29,593 bases of DNA from a virus (Duplodnaviria; Caudoviricetes): positions 1 to 29,593 of IMG/VR virus record IMGVR_UViG_3300020044_007353. One strand, given 5' to 3'. Below are positions 8,175 through 16,532 of the stretch, piece by piece. The notes under the pieces are model-generated. The model saw nothing but the letters and a program-made list of their open reading frames with translations. It was not told the DNA's origin and searched no databases. Each line of letters begins with the position of its first letter. Position 1 is the stretch's first letter. A program made the position numbers and the translations under genes.

Positions 8175-10499
8175 ATGAGGTTATCAATAACTTTAACTCC
8201 AAGTAATACACCAAGCAATACGGCAACATTTACGCCTACTGGAACTCAATGCCCTACATATACCCCAACTTCCACTATTACAGCCACACCGACTTTCACA
8301 CCTACGCAAACACAAACAAATACACCTACTCCTGATGTTACAACAACTCCGACTAATACAAATACGCCAACCAATACAGAAACTCCTACACAAACTGCTA
8401 CTAATACACCAAGTCCTGAAGTATCTACAACACCGACTAATACACAGACACAAACTCCTACTAATACAAATACACCTTCACAAACAGGAACACCAAATGA
8501 AGTTTGTCCTAATGAAGTTACTGTATATGCAAAGACTGGTGCATTCTTATTACCAGCATTAACATATACAAGATTAACATCTTATATTGGTGGAGGATTT
8601 ACTGGTGGTTATTTCTCAACACCATCAAACATATTTACAACAGGAACAGCACCAAATGGTTATACTTATGCAATATTTGGAGCTCAATCTGGTTCAAGTT
8701 ATTATACTCTTATATTCAATATTGCAGGAAGTTCACAAAGATTCAGTATCTATGTATCAAATACTGATTATATTATTAATGGAGGAACAATTACTCAAAC
8801 ACAATTATTGTCTACTTCATCAGGTGGAACAGATATTGCAGGAGTAAGATTTGTAAATCCTGGTGTAACAAATACAGGATGGGCTTGGGTTGAATATCCA
8901 ATAGCTTGTCCTACACCTACTTCTACAGCTACCCCTACTCAAACTCCAAGTAACACACAAACAAATACGCCTACCCCAAGTATTACTCCAAGTTATACTC
9001 CTACACAAACGCAAACTCCTACCACTTATGTTGACCCATGTCTATGGAATACCAATACTGATTTATGGAATGCTGCAGCTTATAATTGGGATGCATCTTG
9101 TATTCAACCAAGCAATACCCCTACAGTGACTCAAACAAGTACCCCTACAATGACACAAACACAGACACAAACTCCAAGTGGTGAGATTATATGTCCACAA
9201 GAATTATACTTCGAAAATCTGTCTATATTTGATTATCCAAGTGGTACATTTACAAGACAAACAACATATACTGGTGGAACATTTGATTATGGTTATTTAG
9301 ATTTCTCTCTTAATATTTTCTATCCAACTACAGCACCTGATGGAAATAATTATGCTATATTTGAATTTTTATCTGCAGGAACTTATTACAATATAATGAC
9401 CGCATTTGATACAGGTTCAACTCCATCATTTATTGGATGGGTTCTTGTTGAAGGATTTAGTGGTAATACAATTTTGAATGGTCCTGAATATTTCACATCG
9501 GCATTGGGATTATCAACAATGACTGGTACATCCATTAATGGAATATATTTCCCTGATGCTGGTATACAAAATTATTATGGTGAAGATAATGGTAATATAA
9601 CTTATAGTGTTATATGTCCTACCCCTACCGCAACAGCAAGTGCAACTCCTACAAAAACTCCTACTCCAAGTAATACTCCTACTGGAACCCCTCCTGTTGT
9701 ATGTAATACCAATTGGTTAATTAGAAATGCTGATTGTGGATTTGGAACAATAAATGATATTGGTATCAATGGAAGTTTCATGGGTACATTATCTGGTCCG
9801 AGTACATTCCCATTAACATCAACATTATATGGAACTAAATCAAATCCAAATGGTGTAATCTGTGGAGCATCAAATATGATTCAAGCAAATGTAACTACAA
9901 ACTTGCCAGGTGTTGGTAATTGTGCTCGTATGGAAGTTTGGATTAATAGTGTATTAACTTATTATACTTATTTTGACAGCAATCCATTCCCACAAGTATC
10001 AGGTGTTGTAATCAATAACGGTGATAATGTTGAGGTTCGTATTAGTTGTTTCTCAGGAGCTTGTCCAACTCCTTCACCTTCAAATGTAACACCAACCCCT
10101 ACCACAACTCCTACCAATACACCGACTCAAACCCCGACTCCGACTATACCATTTACTGCTTGTGCTTCCTTAACTGTTAGAACAGATGCTTCACTTGATG
10201 TTAATATTACAGGTGTGGAAGTTTCAAGTGTACCTGTAACTTATTTATCAGGAGCAACTTTCCCGATTGAGACAACAGACACACCAGGTTATTTCAATAC
10301 AACACAAACAGGTAGTACACAAACTGTTACTGTAACTTATGGACCTTGTATCGCAGGTCAACATATAGATTTAACTGATTGTTCTTCAAACACACAATGT
10401 TGTAATCTAAATCCTGGTGGTGGAACTTGTACCTTTACAAATGTAGATTTAAGTTGTAATTGTAATTGGGATATAACTGGTTATGATGGAACATGTTAA
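8175..10499 (+). CDS. Modular Pro/Thr-linker, Cys-rich virion appendage or adhesin
   Basis: Four globular domains plus a short Trp-repeat segment, separated by TPT linkers. Domains 1 and 2 are paralogous. Confidence 0.75.
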   Translation: MRLSITLTPSNTPSNTATFTPTGTQCPTYTPTSTITATPTFTPTQTQTNTPTPDVTTTPTNTNTPTNTETPTQTATNTPSPEVSTTPTNTQTQTPTNTNTPSQTGTPNEVCPNEVTVYAKTGAFLLPALTYTRLTSYIGGGFTGGYFSTPSNIFTTGTAPNGYTYAIFGAQSGSSYYTLIFNIAGSSQRFSIYVSNTDYIINGGTITQTQLLSTSSGGTDIAGVRFVNPGVTNTGWAWVEYPIACPTPTSTATPTQTPSNTQTNTPTPSITPSYTPTQTQTPTTYVDPCLWNTNTDLWNAAAYNWDASCIQPSNTPTVTQTSTPTMTQTQTQTPSGEIICPQELYFENLSIFDYPSGTFTRQTTYTGGTFDYGYLDFSLNIFYPTTAPDGNNYAIFEFLSAGTYYNIMTAFDTGSTPSFIGWVLVEGFSGNTILNGPEYFTSALGLSTMTGTSINGIYFPDAGIQNYYGEDNGNITYSVICPTPTATASATPTKTPTPSNTPTGTPPVVCNTNWLIRNADCGFGTINDIGINGSFMGTLSGPSTFPLTSTLYGTKSNPNGVICGASNMIQANVTTNLPGVGNCARMEVWINSVLTYYTYFDSNPFPQVSGVVINNGDNVEVRISCFSGACPTPSPSNVTPTPTTTPTNTPTQTPTPTIPFTACASLTVRTDASLDVNITGVEVSSVPVTYLSGATFPIETTDTPGYFNTTQTGSTQTVTVTYGPCIAGQHIDLTDCSSNTQCCNLNPGGGTCTFTNVDLSCNCNWDITGYDGTC

Positions 10500-10501
10500 T
10501 G

Positions 10502-10530
10502 TGTATAAAAAACTAAATAAAGATATTTTA
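10502..10530 (+). promoter_or_regulatory. Putative promoter TGTATA-N16-TATTTTA
   Basis: Copy of the recurrent motif. TATTT begins 11 nt before ATG 10535. Confidence 0.65.
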
Positions 10531-10534
10531 TAAT

Positions 10535-10747
10535 ATGGAAGAAAACATTTTAGATTATCAGATAACGATTAATGAAGAAGCTAAACCAAATTTGGTAATA
10601 AAGAATCACTTATTATATCCATCTCTGCATGAGAATTATAGAAATATAATTAAACAAAATGTTATAACAAAAGAAAGATTTTGGTTTATACAAAATACTT
10701 TAAGGTCAAATCCATTCATCTATAAAAAAATATTAGAAACAAAATAA
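10535..10747 (+). CDS. Hypothetical protein
   Basis: 70-aa ORF that fills the gap between the promoter motif and the tape measure gene. Confidence 0.65.
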   Translation: MEENILDYQITINEEAKPNLVIKNHLLYPSLHENYRNIIKQNVITKERFWFIQNTLRSNPFIYKKILETK

Positions 10748-10750
10748 TAA

Positions 10751-13198
10751 ATGGCAACAACAAAAAGAGTTCAGGTTGATATTGATGTTAATAGTCAGAA
10801 AGTAAAAATTGCTGGTGAGGAAACATTAAAGTTATCAAAACAAATTCAAATCTTAACAACAGAATTAAGTTTTGTTGAAAAAGGTAGTGCTCAATGGGAT
10901 TTACTTACAGCAAAATTAAATTCAGTTAAAGACGCAGCTGCTGAAACAAAAACAAAATCAGGTGAATTATTCGGTACACTCGGACAACTTGGTGGTGGAA
11001 TTGGAGAATTTGGTAATCAAGCAGATAATGCTTTCGGTAAACTTAAACTATTCTCAACATTCTCATTTAAAGATGTTTCGAGTCAAGTAAAAGGTTTCGG
11101 TAAAGATATAGGTGAAGTTGTTGGTAATGTTTCAAAAGCTACAGGTATTACTGGTGCTTACACAAAAATAACAGAAGGTCTTGGTAAAGCATTCAAAGTA
11201 AGTGGGGAAAGTAGTAAATTCGCACAGACTGCTGTTAAAGGATTTGGTGCTGCGTTAACTGCTACAGGTATTGGATTAATTGCAACTGCTTTAGGTTATT
11301 TGATTAATAATTTTACTAAAATTAAAGATGCAATTCTTAAAGCTATTCCTGGTTTACAAGGATTTGCCGATGCGGTTGGTGGTGTGATTGATTTTGTTAC
11401 TGATTTAATTGGTGTTACTAGTCAGGCAGAAAGAGAAGAAGCTAAAAGACAAGCCACATATGCAAAAGCAAAGGCGAATACTGAAATTGTAAATAAAGGT
11501 ATTCAAAGAGAAATTAATTTATTAAAAGCCAAAGGCGCTACTGAAGAAGAAATTGATAAGAAACAAAAACAAATGCTTCTTAATCGTAAGAAAGATTTAG
11601 AGGCAGCAGCTAATCAACAAAGAACATTGTATGGTGAACAAGGACAAGAATACTTAGACATCAAGAATGAATTAGCCGTTATTGAAGCCACAGCACTCAA
11701 AAGACAACAAGATGAAGCACAAGCTGCCACAGACAAAGCTAATGCTAAAGCTGACCAAAATAGACAAAAACAATTACAAAAGGATAAAGAATATAGACAA
11801 TCTCAAGCTGATGCTGCGGTAAATCTTGCTAAGAATGCTGCAGACACTGATGAAGCTGTATTACGTGCTGCTTTAAAGAAACAACAAGACATTAAGAATG
11901 AGGGAAAGACAATCAGTAAAGAACAAGCTAAAGACCAAGCTGACGAGATTAATAGAATTGTTACAGATGAATTAAAGAAGGACAAAGAGACAAGACAAAA
12001 GGATGCTCAAGAAAAGATAGATGCTCAAAAAGCTAACGACAAAATTGAACTCGATAATCTTACTGCAAAATATGAAGAAGCCAAATTAAAAAATGGTGAA
12101 TATTCTCAACAGGCAATAGATGAACAAGATAAGATATTTGCTCAACAAAAGACCAATTTAGAAACTGAAAAAGCTGCTTTAATTGCACAACAACAAACCA
12201 AAGATGGTTTAACAAAAGAACAATCTGCAAGACTAGCTCAAATTGGTATTGATGAACAAACTTTAAGTAATACGGTATTAAGTGAAGGTCAAAAAAGGGT
12301 ACAAGCAAAACTTGATGAAAATCTTAAATTAAAAGATGAGGCCGACAAAGCATATCAAGATAAAGTAAAAATGGCTGGAGACGATTACGAACTTCAACAA
12401 AAAATACTTGATGATAAGATTGAACAAGATAGAATCTTTTATGAAAAACAATTAGCTCAACAAGGTTTAAGTGCAGCACAAATTAAAGCAATTAAAGATA
12501 AACAACTTGCTGATAATAAAGCAAACGCTGAAGCTCAAATAACTATTGAACAAAAGAAGTTTGATGCTCAACAAAAAATGTTAATGGCTATTTCTCAAGC
12601 TATTAGTGTAGCATCTGATTTAGCTGGTAAGGATACGGCTCAAGGTAAAGCGTTAGCTGTTGCCGCATCACTTATTAATACTTATGCGGCCATTGCAGGT
12701 CAATTAAGAGCGGCTACTAATAATGGACAAGCAGCAGTACCTGGTTGGGCTATAGCACAGGCTGTAGCTACAGGAATCGTAGGTTTCAAAGCCGTAGCTG
12801 ATATTATTAAAACACCTGTTCCTAATTCAGGTGGTTCAGCTGGCTCAGTTCCAAACACAACAGAACAACCAAGAAAATTGGCAAGAGGTGGTTTAGTTAG
12901 TGGGCCAGGTACAGGAAGGAGTGATTCAATACCTGCAATGTTATCAAATGGGGAATCAATAATAAATGCGGCATCAACAGCAATGTTTGCCCCACTATTA
13001 TCTTCAATTAATCAAATGGGTGGTGGAGCTAAGTTTGCTGATGGTGGAATGATTGCACCTTATTCAAGTATTGACAGGTCAGAACCATTTGCTTCATTGC
13101 AAGGAGAACAACCGATGATTAAAACTTATGTAGTTGCAAGTGATATGACATCACAACAACAATTAGATAGAAACACAAAAATGCGTTCTACACTATAA
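10751..13198 (+). CDS. Tail tape measure protein
   Basis: 815 aa, Ala/Gly-rich and coiled-coil regions, AL.ATGIGLI, and C-terminal ARGGLV.GPGTG.SDSIPA.LSNGE. Confidence 0.88.
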   Translation: MATTKRVQVDIDVNSQKVKIAGEETLKLSKQIQILTTELSFVEKGSAQWDLLTAKLNSVKDAAAETKTKSGELFGTLGQLGGGIGEFGNQADNAFGKLKLFSTFSFKDVSSQVKGFGKDIGEVVGNVSKATGITGAYTKITEGLGKAFKVSGESSKFAQTAVKGFGAALTATGIGLIATALGYLINNFTKIKDAILKAIPGLQGFADAVGGVIDFVTDLIGVTSQAEREEAKRQATYAKAKANTEIVNKGIQREINLLKAKGATEEEIDKKQKQMLLNRKKDLEAAANQQRTLYGEQGQEYLDIKNELAVIEATALKRQQDEAQAATDKANAKADQNRQKQLQKDKEYRQSQADAAVNLAKNAADTDEAVLRAALKKQQDIKNEGKTISKEQAKDQADEINRIVTDELKKDKETRQKDAQEKIDAQKANDKIELDNLTAKYEEAKLKNGEYSQQAIDEQDKIFAQQKTNLETEKAALIAQQQTKDGLTKEQSARLAQIGIDEQTLSNTVLSEGQKRVQAKLDENLKLKDEADKAYQDKVKMAGDDYELQQKILDDKIEQDRIFYEKQLAQQGLSAAQIKAIKDKQLADNKANAEAQITIEQKKFDAQQKMLMAISQAISVASDLAGKDTAQGKALAVAASLINTYAAIAGQLRAATNNGQAAVPGWAIAQAVATGIVGFKAVADIIKTPVPNSGGSAGSVPNTTEQPRKLARGGLVSGPGTGRSDSIPAMLSNGESIINAASTAMFAPLLSSINQMGGGAKFADGGMIAPYSSIDRSEPFASLQGEQPMIKTYVVASDMTSQQQLDRNTKMRSTL

Positions 13199-13201
13199 TT
13201 T

Positions 13202-13230
13202 TTTACATTTTCAAATAAATTGATATTTAA
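13202..13230 (+). promoter_or_regulatory. Putative promoter TTTACA-N16-TATTTAA
   Basis: Copy of the motif. TATTT begins 13 nt before ATG 13237. Confidence 0.55.
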
Positions 13231-13236
13231 TAATAG

Positions 13237-13923
13237 ATGACACCAAAAATAATTGAATTAATAATCCAAGACGGGGACGAAGAAGCAGGATTGGATGGTA
13301 TTGCTTTGGTAGAGATGCCAGCGCATGAAGCAAACTTTGAATATTTTTCAGACCAAGAAACAAGCAAACATTATGTATTATCTGATGAAGAAGTTCCACA
13401 GGTAATTCAGATGTTCCATGCTTATGGTGAACCTCAAGGTTTTTTAGAAAAAGAAGGTTGGTACATTGCTGAAGTTAGAAATGTTGGTAAACAAGAATTC
13501 CAAATCATTTCTAATCCTGATGAAACATCAGCTCAAGATACAGACGAAGTTAGATATAGATACAAATATGTTGGGCCTAGAGATGACAAGAATAGAACAT
13601 TCTGTGCTGAAATGATGAGTGCTGGTAAAGTATTCAGAATTGAAGATATAATGACAATGTCAGATAGAAGTATCAATGCAGTTGGGCCTGATGGATACGA
13701 TATGTTTACTTGGAGAGGTTCTTATAACTGTAGACATAGGTGGGTACAGCTTATTTACAGAAGAGAAGGTAGAATTATCAATAGTGATAAAGTAGAAAGA
13801 GGTTTATTAGATACCGATAATATGCCAGGACCAGATACAAGAACAACAGCCACAATAGCAGCAGGTAATACCCCACCAAGAGTAGGTTTCGGTAAAATAA
13901 TAACAAACAAACTATTTAGATAA
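13237..13923 (+). CDS. Head protein: N-terminal piece of permuted prohead protease fused to a MuF/head-morphogenesis-like Cys/His domain
   Basis: N-terminal IIELII...GIALVEMPAHE.NF, followed by R.FC..M...VFR.EDI...G.YNCRH.W. Confidence 0.65.
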   Translation: MTPKIIELIIQDGDEEAGLDGIALVEMPAHEANFEYFSDQETSKHYVLSDEEVPQVIQMFHAYGEPQGFLEKEGWYIAEVRNVGKQEFQIISNPDETSAQDTDEVRYRYKYVGPRDDKNRTFCAEMMSAGKVFRIEDIMTMSDRSINAVGPDGYDMFTWRGSYNCRHRWVQLIYRREGRIINSDKVERGLLDTDNMPGPDTRTTATIAAGNTPPRVGFGKIITNKLFR

Positions 13924-13924
13924 T

Positions 13925-14290
13925 ATGGCAACATTTACAGAATTTTTATCAAGCTTGAATAGCTGCAAACAACAAGCAATATTTTGGCATAATCAAACCA
14001 AATCATTTTCTGAACATAAAGCTTTAGAAAATTTTTATTCTGAAATCGTTGAATTATTGGATGGTTTAGTTGAATCAGTTGCAGGTATTTATGGAAGACC
14101 TGTTGGATATACAACACATGCTCCTGAAGATTATAAGTCAAAAGAACAACTTATAGCTTACTTCAAGAAGGTTTATGATTATATTCAATCAGAAAGAAAT
14201 AATATCTATAAAGAAACTTGGATTCAAAATCAAGTTGATGAAATTGCACAATTAGTTGCAGAAACATTATATCAATTAAGTTTAGTTTAA
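13925..14290 (+). CDS. Ferritin/Dps-like four-helix protein (DUF5856-like)
   Basis: WH.QT.S..EH.AL..FY..I..LLD.LVE...G.YGR, ending N..DEI..L...TLY.L. Confidence 0.7.
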   Translation: MATFTEFLSSLNSCKQQAIFWHNQTKSFSEHKALENFYSEIVELLDGLVESVAGIYGRPVGYTTHAPEDYKSKEQLIAYFKKVYDYIQSERNNIYKETWIQNQVDEIAQLVAETLYQLSLV

Positions 14291-15717
14291 TGAATAAATT
14301 TAGCGAAGATGTGAGTGGATTACCTCCATATACTGATGAAGTAGGAGGTGAATTGGTTAGAAAGCCAGTGTTAGCGTCATTACCTTTATTTGAGAACAAA
14401 GAAGATGCTGAAGCTTTAGCTGAAGTTATGGGTTGCAAAGGTTCACACGAACACAAGTATGGTGATGTTACACTTTATATGCCATGTGAAAAACATCCTG
14501 AAGATTTTGCTGGTGAAAAGATTAGCATCGACTATGATGATACCCTTTCAACAGATAGGGGTTTTAAGACCGCTGAGAGACTTATTAAGCAAGGTATGAT
14601 ACTTTATATCATTTCAGCAAGAAATGACAAGGAAGGTATGTTAAAACGAGCCACAGAGTTAGGAATTCCTGAATCAAGAGTATTCGCAACAGGAAGCAAC
14701 AAAGCAAAGATTGAAAAAGTTAAAGAATTGGGTGTTGCAAAACATTATGACAACAATGAAGATGTTATCAAAGAGCTTGGTGATATCGGAATTAAGTTTG
14801 GTTTGGAAGATGCTTGTTGGCCTGGTTATGAAGCAATTGGATTACAAGATGATGGTAGTCCAAATTGTGTTCCAGTAAAAGAAGAAATGAATGAAGATGG
14901 GAATTATATTATTGGTGAGTATGCTAGCTTTGATGATTATCCTTCACTTATCCGTGAGAATGCGCAAGCCGCACTAAACTGGATTGAGAAATCAGGTAAT
15001 CCTAAAGGTTGTTTAACGCAAGTGGGGAAAGTAAGGGCTCAGCAATTAGCTCAAGGAAAACCTATCTCTATTGAGACGGTAAAGAGAATGAAAGCCTATA
15101 TCACAAGACACAAGAAAGATTTAGAAACATCTAAATCCTACGAAGGTTCTTGTGGAAAATTAGCACTAGATGCTTGGGGTGGTGTTGAAGCTCTTAATTG
15201 GGTTGAAAGCACAATTAAAAAGTATGACGAAATGTCATCTAATGAAAAAGAAATGAGTTTCTCTGTATTTAATAATGAACAGAGATTAGTTGTTGGACCA
15301 GCAATGATTCCTGATAAGATGATTATCAGAAGGAATGAAATTACTGGCGAGATTTACTATGTATACTTCACAGCCGAAACAATTAAAAAGCTTCAACAAA
15401 AATTCATGCAAGAGAAGTTATTGGATAAAACCAATATTGAGCATGGAAGAAAATTCCTTAACGGAGTTGATGTTGTTGAAAGTTGGATTGTTGAAGACCC
15501 TGAAAAGGATAAGCAACAAGTTTTTGGAATGGAATATCCAAAAGGAACTTGGATGTGTATTGTCAAAGTCGATGATGATAACACATGGCAAATGGTGAAA
15601 GATGGTAAGCTTCGTGGCTATAGTGTTCAAGGTTATTTCCTTGAGCGTGCCAAGTTCAATTCGCAAACTCACCAAATATTAGATGAAATAAAAAATATAT
15701 TAAACGAAGTAAAATGA
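14290..15717 (+). CDS. Multidomain prohead serine protease (XkdF/HK97-like) with capsid-like peptide, Cys/His minidomains and HAD domain
   Basis: C-terminal R.V.GPAMIP..YYVYF..TNIEH..ESW..P.GTW..G.L.GYSVQG. Internal HAD motifs DYDDT/SAR/K/YDN, plus CWPGY..PNCVP and VGK.RA.QLA..RM..RH..DAWGG modules. Confidence 0.8.
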   Translation: MNKFSEDVSGLPPYTDEVGGELVRKPVLASLPLFENKEDAEALAEVMGCKGSHEHKYGDVTLYMPCEKHPEDFAGEKISIDYDDTLSTDRGFKTAERLIKQGMILYIISARNDKEGMLKRATELGIPESRVFATGSNKAKIEKVKELGVAKHYDNNEDVIKELGDIGIKFGLEDACWPGYEAIGLQDDGSPNCVPVKEEMNEDGNYIIGEYASFDDYPSLIRENAQAALNWIEKSGNPKGCLTQVGKVRAQQLAQGKPISIETVKRMKAYITRHKKDLETSKSYEGSCGKLALDAWGGVEALNWVESTIKKYDEMSSNEKEMSFSVFNNEQRLVVGPAMIPDKMIIRRNEITGEIYYVYFTAETIKKLQQKFMQEKLLDKTNIEHGRKFLNGVDVVESWIVEDPEKDKQQVFGMEYPKGTWMCIVKVDDDNTWQMVKDGKLRGYSVQGYFLERAKFNSQTHQILDEIKNILNEVK

Positions 15718-16502
15718 CTTACCAAGACGCAATTAAAAAGATAAATAAACTGCTTGGATTGTATAAGTTCAATTCCTATAAGCTTGCCGATGGTACTGGT
15801 GAATTAGTTTCTGATTCACAATTAGCCGTTGGGGAGCCTATTTATATTATCACTGATAATGGACAGTTACCTGCTCCTGAAGGTGAATTTGAATTGGAGG
15901 ATACAACCAAAATAAAAATCAAGGACGGATTAGTCCACGAAATAAAATACGATATGGAAAAGAAACAATTTACAGAAGCTACATTGAAAGATGGTACTGT
16001 TGTAAAATCACCAACTTTTGATATTGGAGAAGATATTTCTGTAGTTAGTCCTGATGGCAAAGAAAGTCCAGCACCTGATGGAGAGCATGAATTAGCTCTT
16101 AAAGATAGTGAAGGAAAAGAAGTTGTTATCAGAGTCATTGTTAAAGATGGCAAGATTACAGAAAGAGAAAATGTTGAAGAATCAAACCCAGAAGTTCCTG
16201 AGAAGGAAGAAGAAATGGGGATGATTGACGGCATGACTCCAGGATTATCAAGCGGTAATGATATTACTGACGAAGCTTTTAAAAACGAAATTATGGCGAA
16301 GGTTGAAGCTATAATGAAGAAAATTGAGGAAATGGCTAGCAATTATGAGGATATGAAATCTAAGGTTTCAAAATTCTCTAAAGAACCAGCTGGAGACCCA
16401 ATTAAACAACCGAATAACTTAATTAGTGAGTTGAAAGAACAAAAGAATGATTATATCTCTCAACTTATTAAAATCAGAGCTACTAGCACTGCAAAAAAAT
16501 AA
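15714..16502 (+). CDS. Capsid scaffolding protein
   Basis: Acidic, with two L.DGT...GE...PAP(E/D)GE.EL....KDG repeats and a coiled C-terminus. Lies between the protease and capsid genes. Confidence 0.7.
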   Translation: MTYQDAIKKINKLLGLYKFNSYKLADGTGELVSDSQLAVGEPIYIITDNGQLPAPEGEFELEDTTKIKIKDGLVHEIKYDMEKKQFTEATLKDGTVVKSPTFDIGEDISVVSPDGKESPAPDGEHELALKDSEGKEVVIRVIVKDGKITERENVEESNPEVPEKEEEMGMIDGMTPGLSSGNDITDEAFKNEIMAKVEAIMKKIEEMASNYEDMKSKVSKFSKEPAGDPIKQPNNLISELKEQKNDYISQLIKIRATSTAKK

Positions 16503-16532
16503 ATAAACAATTTTTAATTAAAAAGGAAAATT

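Noticed and set aside
8335-8847. Alternative-frame + strand ORFs rich in L/Q/H (also 18889-19176, 15335-15598, 24093-24323)
   Set aside because: They are off-frame readings of ACN/CCN-rich or ordinary coding sequence, with no independent start signals.
7650-10150. Tandem ACNCCN repeats as a possible CRISPR array or DGR repeat pair
   Set aside because: The repeats are degenerate at third codon positions and encode Thr/Pro linkers. There is no constant repeat-spacer period, no reverse transcriptase, and no pair differing only at adenines.
13921-14292. Stop-codon readthrough, intron or intein rejoining the split protease
   Set aside because: ORFs 13237 and 14290 are in the same frame, but the insert encodes an intact, coupled ferritin-like protein in another frame, and I saw no group I/II intron or intein features. 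Genes end in TAA, TAG and TGA normally, so there is no sign of code reassignment.
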